From contig NC_068990.1 of the NCBI RefSeq assembly GCF_001194135.2, positions 11,280,228 through 11,332,630 of the forward strand: a stretch of 52,403 bases of DNA. Direction: 5' to 3'. Made by a program: the position numbers and the translations under genes. The notes under the pieces are model-generated. The model saw only the letters and a list, made by a program, of their open reading frames with translations, ran no database searches and was not told the origin of the DNA. This DNA comes from Octopus bimaculoides (taxonomy: Eukaryota). This document shows, in pieces, positions 12,102-23,308 of the stretch (the stretch's first letter is position 1; every line of letters begins with the position of its first letter).

Positions 12102-12890
12102 NNNNNNNNNNNNNNNNNNNNNNNNNNNNNNNNNNNNNNNNNNNNNNNNNNNNNNNNNNNNNNNNNNNNNNNNNNNNNNNNNNNNNNNNNNNNNNNNNNN
12201 NNNNNNNNNNNNNNNNNNNNNNNNNNNNNNNNNNNNNNNNNNNNNNNNNNNNNNNNNNNNNNNNNNNNNNNNNNNNNNNNNNNNNNNNNNNNNNNNNNNN
12301 NNNNNNNNNNNNNNNNNNNNNNNNNNNNNNNNNNNNNNNNNNNNNNNNNNNNNNNNNNNNNNNNNNNNNNNNNNNNNNNNNNNNNNNNNNNNNNNNNNNN
12401 NNNNNNNNNNNNNNNNNNNNNNNNNNNNNNNNNNNNNNNNNNNNNNNNNNNNNNNNNNNNNNNNNNNNNNNNNNNNNNNNNNNNNNNNNNNNNNNNNNNN
12501 NNNNNNNNNNNNNNNNNNNNNNNNNNNNNNNNNNAGCAGAGGAAGTTGCAGGAAGTGGAGGAAGAGGAGGAGGATTCCACATTCAAGTTACCTCTATTTC
12601 CAAGTCTTTGTATTTTGAAAGTTTCTCCATTTCTTTCAGAGAAACGTTGTCATTTGCATAGCAAGTGACTTGATCTGAGATCGTGTGCTGGAACGAAAAC
12701 AATTGCAGCATGGAAGGTGTTTATGAGCCATTTAAGAAACACACAAAAACCAGCCGATTCACTTCAACATTTAAATTTAATTTGCCAAAATATTTTCATC
12801 GCTTTGAGACCTTGACCTGTTCACTGAGAAAATTCCATGCTGCCAGCACAATGTTGAAGTGAATTTAACAATTATTATTATTATTATTAT

Positions 12891-13098
12891 CATTCAGTAG
12901 TTTTATATTTATAGCGTTCTTTCACTTCACTACCGAGCACAGCTCTGTGCGCCTTGGGTATGTGCTGTGGTTTGCTGTGATGCTCTTATGGTTACTGTAT
13001 TGAAAGTGTTTTGCGTAGGATGTGTGCTGTGCCCAGTAGTGCAATTTTCTGTATGTTATATATATTTGTAAGTCCTGGTGTTTTTGTTATGTATCCAT
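12891..13098 (-). mobile_element. 3' end of an R4/Dong-like (RLE) non-LTR retrotransposon inside an (AAT)n tract
   Basis: C-terminus TPGLTNIYNIQKIALLGTAHILRKTLSIQ* (R4-clade GTAHILRK motif) plus a ~100-bp 3' UTR. (ATT)n on both sides. Confidence 0.82.
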
Positions 13099-13099
13099 A

Positions 13100-13142
<43 letters not shown>

Positions 13143-13625
13143 ATTATTATTATTGACATCCGTCTTTTCAACACATTCATGGCTTTCTACTGTACCATTT
13201 GGTGACTTTCTCTGCTTTTGGGATGTATGCGGTGTTGCTTTTATTTGTATTTTTACCATTTTGGTGGGGGGTAAGAAAGGTGTAGAAATGAGTTTACGAT
13301 CCACACATATTTTCTTTTGCTGTGACTCATTTTTTCTCACTCATGCTATTGATTTATTAATGTTTCATCTGTTTGTTGTGCAGATCATGTTTAACAAATA
13401 GACTATTATTTTGTTGAGCAGTTACTGAATAGAACACTTGTTCTCAATATCCTATGTCTCATTGAACTCTTTCATCAAAGGGCATTTTTCAAATGCCCCT
13501 TCACCATGTATTTTGTCTCTCTCAAAAGACTAAAATTGGTGCAATGGTTTATTATCCAAACTTTTGTATATGCCTCTTTCTTTACTGTTTTGTTTTTTTC
13601 GTGTATGGTATAGTGCTTCTTACCA

Positions 13626-13855
13626 CAGCGAGCTGGCAGAATCGTTAGCATGTTGGACGAAATGCTTAGCGGTATTTCATCTGCCGCTACGTTCTGAGTT
13701 CAAATTCCGCCAAGGTTGACGTTGCCTTTCATCCTTTCGGGGTCGATTAAATAAGTACTAATTACACACCAGGGTCGATATAATCGACTTAATCCATTTG
13801 TCTGTCCTTGTTCGTCCCCTCTGTGTGTAGCCCCTTGTGGGCAGTATAGAAATAA
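13626..13855 (+). mobile_element. SINE family 2 (tRNA-derived, Deu/Nin-like domain)
   Basis: tRNA-like head gcgagctggcagaatcgttagc...gagttcaaattcc, then gcctttcatcctttcggggtcgattaaataagtac, which resembles the Deu/Nin domain from memory. Confidence 0.8.
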
Positions 13856-14675
13856 GAAGTTTGCTTCCCAACTACATGGCTCTGAGTTCAATCCCAGTAC
13901 ATAGCATCTTAGGCAAGAATCTTCCCCAATAGCCTCAGGTCAATCAGTGTCTATTGAGTAGATTTGGAAACTGAAAGACGCCCATCATATGTGTGTGTGC
14001 ATGTGTTTGTGTGTGTGCATGCATGTGTGTGTGTGCATGCATGTGTGTGTGCGTATCTTTGTATCTGTGTTTGTACCCCACCCCTGCACTGTTTGACAAC
14101 CACTGTTGGTGTGTTTACATCCCTATAACTTAGCAGCTCAGCAAAGGAGATGAACAAAATACTCTTTTTACTCTTTACTCTTTTACTTGTTTCAGTCATT
14201 TGACTGTGGCCATGCTGGAGCACTGCCTTTAGTCGAGCAAATCGACCCCGGTACTTATTCTTTGTAAGCCTAGTACTTATTATATCAGTCTCTTTTTGCT
14301 GAACTGCTAAGTGACGGGGACATAAACACACAAGCATCGGTTGTCAAGCAATGCTAGGGGGCAAACACAGACACACAAACACACACACACACACATATAT
14401 ATACATATATACGACGGGATTCTTTCAATTTCCGTCTACCAAATCCACTCACAAGGCTTTGGTCGGCCCGAGGCTATAGTAGAAAGCACTTGCCCTAGGT
14501 GCCACGCAGTGGGACTGAACCCAGAACCATGTGGTTGGTAAGCAAGCTACTTACCACACAGCCACTTCTGCGCCTAAGTACTGGAATTGATTCCTTTAAC
14601 TAAAAATCCTTCGAGGTGGTGCCCCAGCATGGCCACAGTCTAATGACTGAAACAAGTAAAAGATTAAAGATAAAT
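13855..14675 (+). mobile_element. Older SINE family 1 copy interrupted by an antisense family 1 copy
   Basis: 5' part at 13855-14160. The tail resumes at 14578 (agtactgg...tgactgaaacaagtaaaagattaaaagat). Confidence 0.75.
14161..14577 (-). mobile_element. SINE family 1, full-length young copy nested in another copy
   Basis: Reverse complement is a near-complete match to 5704-6108 with CpGs retained. Confidence 0.88.
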
Positions 14676-14934
14676 TTCAAAAGAGATTACAAAAGGAAGG
14701 AAATGACTTCACCCTTTAAAGTTCAAGTTCCTCTGTAAAATGTTCTGCTTTTGCTCCCCCTGCTAGTAATGTATTGTATATAAAAGGATGCAGAGCATTG
14801 AACTGAAAACCAGCTGGCAGAAAACCATCTGCCTGGGGTTAAACTAGTAGTAACATTCAACTGCCACGTTGATGTGACAACTGGCTTTACTGTTTACCAT
14901 ATGTTACTACTCTATCTCTTCTTCACATTTTACA

Positions 14935-15123
14935 TCTAGCTATTTTGCTTGTTTTCAATTAATTATGCATTATCTTGTAGCTTCAAGATTTCACTGATAA
15001 GATTGCTTGTTTTTAGAATATCATTGTAGTGTAGGGGCAAGAAGCCAGATGTGGCTTCTTTGATCATAAAATAGGGAGAAAATTTGGGCCAGATATAATC
15101 AGTTTAAATGCTGAAGGGTTAAA
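14935..15123 (+). mobile_element. Partial TTAA-type (piggyBac-like) MITE, right end
   Basis: Ends aatgctgaagggTTAA. Left end not found. Confidence 0.45.
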
Positions 15124-15218
15124 TAAGGTGATCAAAATGAAACTTGGCACAGCACATCATCAATCATGTTTTTGATCACTGATAACACTATGTCTTATTC
15201 CTCCTGACAAGAAACCTT

Positions 15219-15321
15219 TTATTATTATTATTATTATTATTCAGGTCACTGCCTGGAATTGAACTCAGAATTTTGGGGTTAGTAGCCTGTGCTCTTAACC
15301 ATGACACCATATGCCCGTGGG
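15219..15321 (-). mobile_element. tRNA-head fragment of the hammerhead-bearing retroposon family
   Basis: Reverse complement gggcatatggtgtcatggttaagagcacaggctactaaccccaaaattctgagttcaattccaggcagtgacctga(ata)n matches the heads at 19715 and 23402. Confidence 0.8.
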
Positions 15322-15479
15322 GAATTATGGAGTGAATTTAAGGGCTTATAAATCTAATATTTTCCTATCCTTCCTTAATACTAGTTCCCATATGCTATTC
15401 ATTTCTGCATTTGGTCTGCTTAGGAAGTTTTTGTGTCCTAGAATATGTGCTGCATCTTTTATTTTTTTTTTTTTTTCTT

Positions 15480-15836
15480 TCTTTTATAGTTTCAGCTCAG
15501 AGCTGCAGCCGCGCTGATGCACCGCCATTAAAAAAATGTCATTTGTTCCTTCTCAAACCATGCCTAGTTCATAACAGTCAGTTTACCGGTTTCATTGGCG
15601 TATAGGTTCCCCACGTCGACAGGATGCTGGTCCATCACAGATGAGCTGCTAGATGCAGGAGGGAAGAGTGTTAGAAAGTTGTGGCAAAAGAGTCAGCAGA
15701 CGTTCACTATTACCTTCTGCCAGAGCCACGTGGAGCTCTGGTGCTTCGCTCACAAACGCACACATCGCCTATCTGAGATTCAAACCCATGATCTCTTGAC
15801 CGTGAGTCCGCTACTCTAACCACTTAGCCATATGCC
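15480..15836 (-). mobile_element. tRNA-derived SINE with a Meta/MESC-like central segment
   Basis: Head ggctaagtggttagagtagcggactcacggtcaagagatcatgggtttgaatctc. Segment ctgtgatggaccagcatcctgtc...gaaaccgg resembles the Meta domain from memory. The tail is similar to family 1. Confidence 0.7.
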
Positions 15837-15950
15837 ACCAATTGTTTATTTATTGAAAATATTGAATCCTGACAGATATGCTTTTGAGAATGTATTTGAA
15901 TGATGCGTAAGTATTCTACTAGTTTTAAATATCATATTAGTTAAAGAGAG

Positions 15951-16180
15951 TGGCAAACTGGCAGAATCGTGAAAAATTGTTATAATTTGTTTTAGGATCC
16001 AGGCTAAATGCTTATTTGTCTATCTTCATGTTTGAATTCAAATTCTACTGAGGTCGACTTTGCCGTTCATCCTTTCAGAGTCAATAAAACAAGTAGCAGT
16101 TGCATTCTAGGGAACGATGTAATCGACTTACCTCCTCCCCCAGAATTGCTGGCCTTGTGCCAAAATTTGAAACCAATAAT
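15951..16180 (+). mobile_element. SINE family 2 copy
   Basis: Matches 13626 copy; tail ggccttgtgccaaaatttgaaacc. Confidence 0.8.
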
Positions 16181-16341
16181 ATATTAGTTAAAAAGTTGTA
16201 GTCACTAATTTAGCTTTTAAAAGACAAACTTTGAACATAGGACTTTGGTGCATCATCAGCCATGTTAACATTTGTTCTGCTCTACACATATTTTAATCCC
16301 AATAAACATTTTCCTCTCTTTGTTTTGAAGAAGTTGTTTAA

Positions 16342-16567
16342 CCCTTTTGTTACCATATTTCTTTTTGAGATATGCTCTGTGTTTCTTTCAATTAACTTTA
16401 AATATAACAAAGAATTTAGTAAAAGAACTTAGTTATCATTAAGATAGAGTTAGGAGCATAAACTGTGACTAAGGTTTGGTGGAAGATTTTAATTCAGAAA
16501 TTTTGAAAAACAAGACATTTGTTTTACAGAGCCAGAGGAGGTTTCAGCCGGGTTGGTATCAAAAGGG
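16342..16567. mobile_element. piggyBac-type MITE with TTAA target duplication
   Basis: TTAA|CCCTTTTGTTACCA ... TGGTATCAAAAGGG|TTAA: 14-bp TIRs with one mismatch, TTAA at 16338-41 and 16568-71. Confidence 0.88.
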
Positions 16568-16615
16568 TTAAAATGTAAGCATTGTCCTAGGTTTAATATT
16601 TTATTTCTAAGTAAG

Positions 16616-17010
16616 GTGATGAACCGACTGAATTGTTAGCATGCCGGGCAAAATGCATAGTTCAAATTCTGCCAAGGACAACTTTGCCTTTCATCCTTTT
16701 GGGGTCAATAAAATAAGTACCAGTAAAGCACTGGGGTCAATGTAATCCACTTTTCCTTTCCCCCCAAATTTCTGGCCCTGTAACAAAATTTAAAACCAAT
16801 ATTTTAAAGTGTCAAGATGGCAGAATTGTGAGCAGTTTGGAAAAAATGCTTTTGTCCCTCTTTGTGCTCTGAGTTCAAATTCTGCTGAGGTCAACTTTGC
16901 CTTTCACCCTTTCAGGATTGATAAGTGCCAGTTGAGCACTGAGGGCCAATGTAACTGACTCATCCTCTCCCTTAAAATTGCTGGCCTTGTACCAAAATTT
17001 GAAAACCACA
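16616..17010 (+). mobile_element. Two tandem SINE family 2 copies (16616-16802, 16815-17010)
   Basis: Each has gttcaaattctg...gcctttca(t/c)cctt...ggcc(c/t)tgta(a/c)caaaattt. Confidence 0.8.
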
Positions 17011-17311
17011 ATCATCTTAAACCTCAATGTGTCTCTGATATTTGCTACACCTTTTTGGGCTCATACTGTACCCAAGAGGGTTTCACAGTCTAGTTTACAA
17101 ACCACAAACTTCTAATATATGCTATGTTAGTTTAGTTATATCATTAGGTGCTATTGTCCTAGTAGTGTCTCCAGTCAGTCACCATAGAGGCTAATGAAAA
17201 ATTATATCTAGGTTGCTGAAAGATTAGCAGAATCATTCAAGCATTGTTTAGTTACTGCTATTTAAATTCTGAGTTCAAATCCTACCAATGTCAATTTTGC
17301 TTTTTACTCTT

Positions 17312-17585
17312 TCATCATCATCCTTTAACGTTCGCTTTCCATGCTAGCATGGATTGGATAATTTGACTGGGGACTGGCAAACCAGGAAAAGATCATGCTC
17401 AAATGGTGCTTTTTATGTGCCACCAGCACGGGAGTGAGACCACTGATCTGGCAGTGATCCCGCTGATCTGGCAGTGATCCCGCTCGGATGGTGCTGTTAG
17501 CGCTCCACTGGCATGGGTGCCAGTCATCAAATTTGGTTCAGTTTCGATCTCACTTGCCCTAACAGGTCTTAGCAAGCTGAGTCTA
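17312..17585 (-). mobile_element. SINE-like family 3 (RTE-type tail ending (GAT)n, internal ~65-bp subrepeats)
   Basis: catcatcatcctttaacgttcgctttccatgctagcatgg is the reverse complement of the tail at 44700-44755 and 45330-45385. Confidence 0.8.
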
Positions 17586-19714
17586 GTGTTTTCAGGTTCA
17601 ATAAAAATAAATCAATTAGAGTAGAAGTCAACGGTATGGAGTAACCCCTACTAAAAACAATTTTTATCATTATCATTATTAACGTCATCATCAACATTAT
17701 TATCATTATTAATATTTTTATTTGGGACATTGATGAGAGAGGCATGCTTGAGCACAACCCTGTATAATTTCCAAATTTTTCAGTTTTCACCTGAATTGTA
17801 ATCTGTTCTTGTTAATAATTTTGTCATCAGAGAATGAAGCTGCTTCCTTTTACTAAGTATTTTTTTGTTTTGCTCAGTTCCACCAGTTGAAGGAATTGTC
17901 TATTTTTAGATTTTGTATTTGCAAATTTGTCAATTTTCTTCGGAAAAAAAAAAAAACATGGATCCCTATGAAAAAGAAAAAAAGTAATATTCATTGGAGA
18001 GGAAAATAACACAGATGAAGTGAAAGAGATTATAATTGAAACAAAGCGGAGAAGAGAGGGGGAGAAGGAAGGAGAGAGAGGAGAAAAAGAAGGAGGGAGA
18101 GAGAGAAAGAGAGAGAGAGAAAGAGTGGCAGAACAAGAGAGAGAGATAGAGAATGAGAAAGTGGCAGAGAAATGAATGCATGAAGCATCTGTTTTACTAC
18201 CAACAGCGCTGTTATACAAATGACAGATAACGCCAGAGAAAAAATTGGTGTAGTCTGCTTCAAATCAACTCACTGAAACTGAAGAAGAAAAAAATTGACA
18301 ACAACGATATCAAGAACACAAACAACAACTAAAAGAGGAATAATAACAACAACAACAACAGCAAAAGTAGCTGCCACAACATCAGCAATTACAATAGCAG
18401 CAAAAAGAACAGTAACAATAAAGTTGACCAATGAAGATTTATTCCCAAGTTTAAATTGTTTTATTATCAGCAGCCCACCCAACAAGTTGTAGTGGTGCGT
18501 TGGGAACATGGGTGGGTTGTGACACCACAACCACAACTAATCCTCATCTTCACGTTAACAATGGCTAACACGTAATCAGCATTGACAGTAACACTACAGC
18601 AACAATAGAACCATTACTAAATATTGTAAAGCTACCATAAACAATCCAGCCATACCAGTCACTAGGAAATCATTTAGAAGAGGCAGGCAAGAAGATTGCA
18701 GATAAGACAGTTGGTGTGCATTTTTGTTAGGATGAATAGATGTACTAAATAATGTTAACAGACTGTAAGATGCAAAGGTGTCAATGTTAAAACTGATCAT
18801 ATTTCAAAGTTAACTCAAGAACAAGCTGGAAAATGGAAGCACAGAACTTTTGTTTTTCATGACAAGCATTTTGGAATAATAAATATGAGGTTTGTCTTTA
18901 GAAAAATGGCATGAACTCATTCGATTGCCTTTTTAAAGGATGAAAAATTTCTGTTAATTCCTTGCTGTATGTGAAATGATGGTAAAATGAAGGTGAAAAT
19001 TTTCTGCCAGAAATAGACATATGGTGGTTGATAGCACTTTTAACAAGTGACAGTTAGGATGAGAGGAGCAACCTTCACATAGGAATGCTCATAGGTAAAA
19101 GAATGTTATTGGCTACAAGGATATGAACAAACAAGCAGAACCAAAATACATTAAAGATTTACCTGACCTTTTCACTCTCCCAAATGGTATGTAGGCGTCA
19201 GTAACTGGGGACAGTAAAAAGCTCAGATGGATGCCTTCTATCCAGGACAAATCTCCATATGAAGGCTTTTCACCTACAGCAAAACTCATGTAAAACATCA
19301 ACAACTAATCCAACCACTGCAAAAAACAACCACAAAGGCACCAACAGAAGCAGAATCTAAATAGCAGGGTCCAAAAACAAATAAACAGCTAAAGACGCAA
19401 ACATCCATCTTGACCTATAAGTAAAAACGATCAACTATTCATCTTATGGTGCAGGCAGTCCACAGATTTGAGTGTATAAACACGTATGGCCTGGAGTCAC
19501 CTTTGATGCAAGGTTACTTACTCAGTGACTAAGATCTCTGGATTACACACTTGTGCTTAACTTTGATGATGATGAGGTGTACACATTACATGCTAAGACA
19601 GAGTGGAGGAAATACCATTCCAGAAACTTTTGGATCACAAGGTATGGGCAATCTTCCCAGAACCAGACGGTAAGTTGATGATCCTGAACATGAGCTGCAG
19701 TGAACGCAGTGCTC

Positions 19715-20026
19715 CGTAGGTGTAATGGTTATGAGTGCGGGCTACTAACCCCAAGATTCAGCATTCAACTCCAAGCAGTGACCTGAATAATAATAATAAT
19801 AATAATAACAACAATAATAATAACAACAACAACAACAACATCTAAAATTACCTTAGGAATGAGAACCCAGGTTCGAAATTTCCCCAAGACACCTGATGAA
19901 GGCTGGAGGGTATATCAGCCGAAACGTTGTGTTAGCAACAAACAAGATGACGACAAATATCTGTCAAATGTAAATAATGTAAATAATGTACATAATTCCC
20001 CATCTCTTAAATATAGAACTGTAGTA
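19715..20026 (+). mobile_element. Short retroposon: tRNA-like head, (AAT/AAC)n tract and hammerhead-ribozyme module
   Basis: Head at 19715-19786 with A/B-box-like motifs, a microsatellite at 19787-19840, and a module at 19841-20026 shared with 24041-24227. Confidence 0.82.
19888..19933 (+). ncRNA. Minimal type I hammerhead ribozyme (PLE-type)
   Basis: Stem I gacac (19888-92)/gtgtt (19929-33). Core CTGATGA (19893-99) plus an extra A. Stem II ggctg/cagcc closes a 10-nt loop. GAAA at 19921-24. Palindromic AACGTT replaces stem III. Putative cleavage triplet GUU. Activity untested. Confidence 0.78.
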
Positions 20027-21257
20027 TGTGCATATTAATTAATTGATTAATTAATTACTGTTAATGAGTATGCTAAGCCATCTGTTTATTAAATATACTC
20101 GTAGTAGAGTCAAGGACTAAATAAAAACAATGTTAAATGAATTCATGCTCCCTGACACTATTGAAGGTGGATATTTATCTGAATTTTCCTGCAACTTGAC
20201 CTGTTCTTACCTATGAGAAACAGTTGTAGCCCTGCCAATAAGGTCTCACTAATAACATGCCAAAGCATAAAAGAACCTTTTACAAGCAGCTTTCATAATC
20301 TTGGATATCAATACTATTGTGTGGATGCCTGGATGGTGGCAGTTGGATAACTGTAGAGGATTTCACGGTTGCTAGTGATCAATAATAGGAAAAAAAACTG
20401 AGAGAGAGAGAGAGAAAAGAGGAGTGAGAGAAAGAGAGAGAAAACAGCAAGTATGCAAAACCTTTGTTATTAGAAATATTTTCATAGCTATGTGTATACT
20501 TTATGCACTGACATGTATAAACATATGTAAACTTATGGGCAAACCAAAGCAAATGCACCCCAAACACACAATATATGACGAAAACAATGCTTACAAATAC
20601 TGGAAAACAAACATTCAAACATTTATGATTTACAGATACATAAACATTTACGATATATATACAAAGATTTATCAATAAATATTCCCTTTAGGTACAAACA
20701 AATATTAAGCAGCTATCCATTACTTCTATCGTTGGAAACAGCCTTATTCTCAACTTGTAGGAAGATGGATGCCTCTGTTTCAAGGACGCTACAGATTTAT
20801 ATTGGTATGACAATAAGTATGACTCAAGAAATTGCTGTGATGCTGACTTGGAGGAAATAAATGTGTGTTGTGTACAAGGGTTAAGTCGCAGAGGAACCTC
20901 AGACTCTCATCTAAGTTACGAGGGCGAAAAGTCTTCTTCGTGGATGACTATGTCGACTGTGTGTAGTAGGCATAATGCAGGCAGGGAAATGGATAGATTA
21001 ACTGACATAGCCAGATATTATGTGACAGATTAATTAGGATTAGACTAAGCACAGACCACATATCAATAACAATGAACACTGCATAAGCATCGTAATTAGA
21101 ACTGAGGTGAGTAAAAGAAGACAATTTCAATACTGAATGGCAGAGAGATTGTTATCACAGACAATGAACACAATACTGTCTTCTCCAAACATGAGGGATT
21201 CTATGTATCTGATATAAAGAATGAAACGATGTATTTCAGAGTTCTGTGACACAACAC

Positions 21258-21267
21258 GTCGTCATCG

Positions 21268-21303
<36 letters not shown>

Positions 21304-21310
21304 CCATCAC

Positions 21311-21352
<42 letters not shown>
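21258..21352. repeat. (CAT)n microsatellite
   Basis: Directly visible. Confidence 0.97.
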
Positions 21353-21355
<3 letters not shown>

Positions 21356-22171
21356 ATATCTGTTTTCTATGCCGGCATGGGTTGGCCAAATGAATTAACC
21401 ATTTGCAGCAGTAATTTCAGTCAACCAGCCACTTGATCCCAGGTGATACACAAACAACATACACTTCATGCTCACATAGAAAAGAGACAGGCAACATGCT
21501 GTGAGCATTTAGTCATACGTCAATACATAATTTATTACTAAATATTGACTCATCATTAGTGGCATCAGAATAACAGCTCGATAGACTCAGAGATGCGATA
21601 CAATCTGGAAGGGGAAAATATAGTCAAATAGTATTAAAAGAAATGCTAAATAAAATTTATACGATTAAAGAGGGGGACAAAAAAATAAATGGCATAGAAA
21701 ACCTCTGAGGGCTTCCTCAGAACAACCGGGTACAAAACACAAATCAGATTTGTGGCTGGAGCAAATTTCTTGCAAGAAATATCATATATTGGTGAAATGG
21801 TACAGTAGATGCAGCAATAAAAAGCAAGGAGACTAGCCTGGAAAGAAATGAAGAAAGTTGCAGCCAGAAGCATTATCAAGTTGGTGGAAGAGATGCTAAA
21901 GATTAGATAAGCTTAGCAAAAAAAGATACCAGAAGTAAAAGCATTGTTTCTAAAGTGCTGTTCTAGAATTATCCAGGGAAAATACTATTATCACTGGTTA
22001 AATAAACTTAGAACTCTTCGAACTGTAACTAGTTTGATAAGTGCCAATGCACAAAACCCTCGGTCCATCCATGAGTTACTCTGTTGCTTCTGCTACATTG
22101 CTAATAACAAAATATATACATATACTCGTGTTTTGAATTTCGTTTTTCCTATTTGTATCACCAGACCTGTA

Positions 22172-22242
<71 letters not shown>

Positions 22243-22309
22243 ATATTCTCATTCCTAAGGTATTTTTCGATGTTGTTGTTGTTGTTATTATTATTATTAT
22301 TATTATTTT

Positions 22310-23208
22310 ATGTTTGACTTTTGTTTTGCATTTGTACAAGTTGGATCCAAGTCTCACCCAGAGACCTCAAGAGACAACAAGTTAGAAGTTCATGTAGGTG
22401 TTATGCCTAGGGTACCATATATTTGGATTTGTACAGTTTTGTGTTCTAGTGAATATTTAAGAAACCATAAGAAAATTATCTGTTTGGTTTAAAATTTGAG
22501 ATCACATAGACAGTATTTTACGTAGGATATGGGCAGTTCCCATGAGCACTATCTTTTGAACTTCAGCCATTTTGGGGTTTCCTGGTATCTGAGCTAGGTA
22601 GTAATCAGCCCGTTTCGTTGTCATTCCCAGGGCACCTATGACAATAGGTATTGTTTTCGTCTTCAGATTCCACATTTTGCTAATTTCTATTTCAAGATCT
22701 TTATATTTGCTCAGTTTTTGGTAGGTCTTGACAGATACGTTTATATCGATTGGGACAGTCATATCAATGAGGAGGCATGATTTTTGTCTGAAGTCTTTCA
22801 GTATGATGTCTGGCTTATTTGCGTCTATCTTTCTGTCAGTTTNNNNNNNNNNNNNNNNNNNNNNNNNNNNNNNNNNNNNNNNNNNNNNNNNNNNNNNNNN
22901 NNNNNNNNNNNNNNNNNNNNNNNNNNNNNNNNNNNNNNNNNNNNNNNNNNNNNNNNNNNNNNGTCCAGGTTTTTGCATATTACCCAGTGAATATATTGTG
23001 CAGCTCTATCATGCCTGTTGAGATATTCTGTAGGTGCAAGCAGACTGCAGATGGAGACAACATGATCGATGGTCTCATTTTGTTGTTGGCATATACCACA
23101 TAATGGGGAGCTGCCGTTCTTTAATATGTTGGCCTGGTAGTTCTTTGTAGGTAGGCATTGATCTTGGGCTGCTATGATAAACCCCTCTGTTTCTGATTTC
23201 AAGCCAGA
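22310..23208 (-). mobile_element. 5'-truncated R4/Dong-like non-LTR retrotransposon (zinc knuckle plus restriction-like endonuclease, 3' UTR, (AAT)n end)
   Basis: ETEGFIIAAQDQ, CGIC...HVVSIC zinc knuckle, RHD, KPDIILKD...LIDMTVP, KLSKYKDL, IVIGALG, GTAHILRKILSM*. Reading appears open on both sides of a 120-nt N gap. The 3' UTR runs into (AAT)/(AAC)n at about 22310. Confidence 0.92.
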
Positions 23209-23210
23209 GG

Positions 23211-23262
23211 AAGCAAATCTGTGGTATTAAGCAGAATATTTGCTGTAGCTCCTTGTTATACC

Positions 23263-23308
<46 letters not shown>

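Noticed and set aside
15321-15335. 12-bp match (cataattcccca, minus strand) between the sequence upstream of the head at 15321 and the end of the hammerhead module, hinting at tandem monomers
   Set aside because: Similarity stops after 12 bp, and the region can equally be read as a decayed second palindrome arm.
17790-18300. Strong minus-strand acceptors (tttttcatag|, cttcttcag|) and a hydrophobic peptide LKQTTPIFSLALSVICITALLVV
   Set aside because: Frames are closed near the acceptors, donors are weak, and polypyrimidine tracts are abundant by chance here.
20210-20390. Minus-strand exon-like segment with donor TAG|gtaaga
   Set aside because: Stops in all frames and an ambiguous acceptor; cannot be supported without transcripts.
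20760-20803. Possible + strand 44-nt exon (ttgtag|GAAG...ATTG|gtatga); one frame also reads QIYIGMT, like GIY-YIG
   Set aside because: No partner exons, no recognisable protein, and no other GIY-YIG motifs nearby.
20837-21250. Possible solo LTR ending ...gagttctgtgACA
   Set aside because: No matching 5' TG end with a target-site duplication was found.
21600-22000. Lys/Arg-rich stretch resembling a LINE inter-domain region
   Set aside because: No diagnostic motif.
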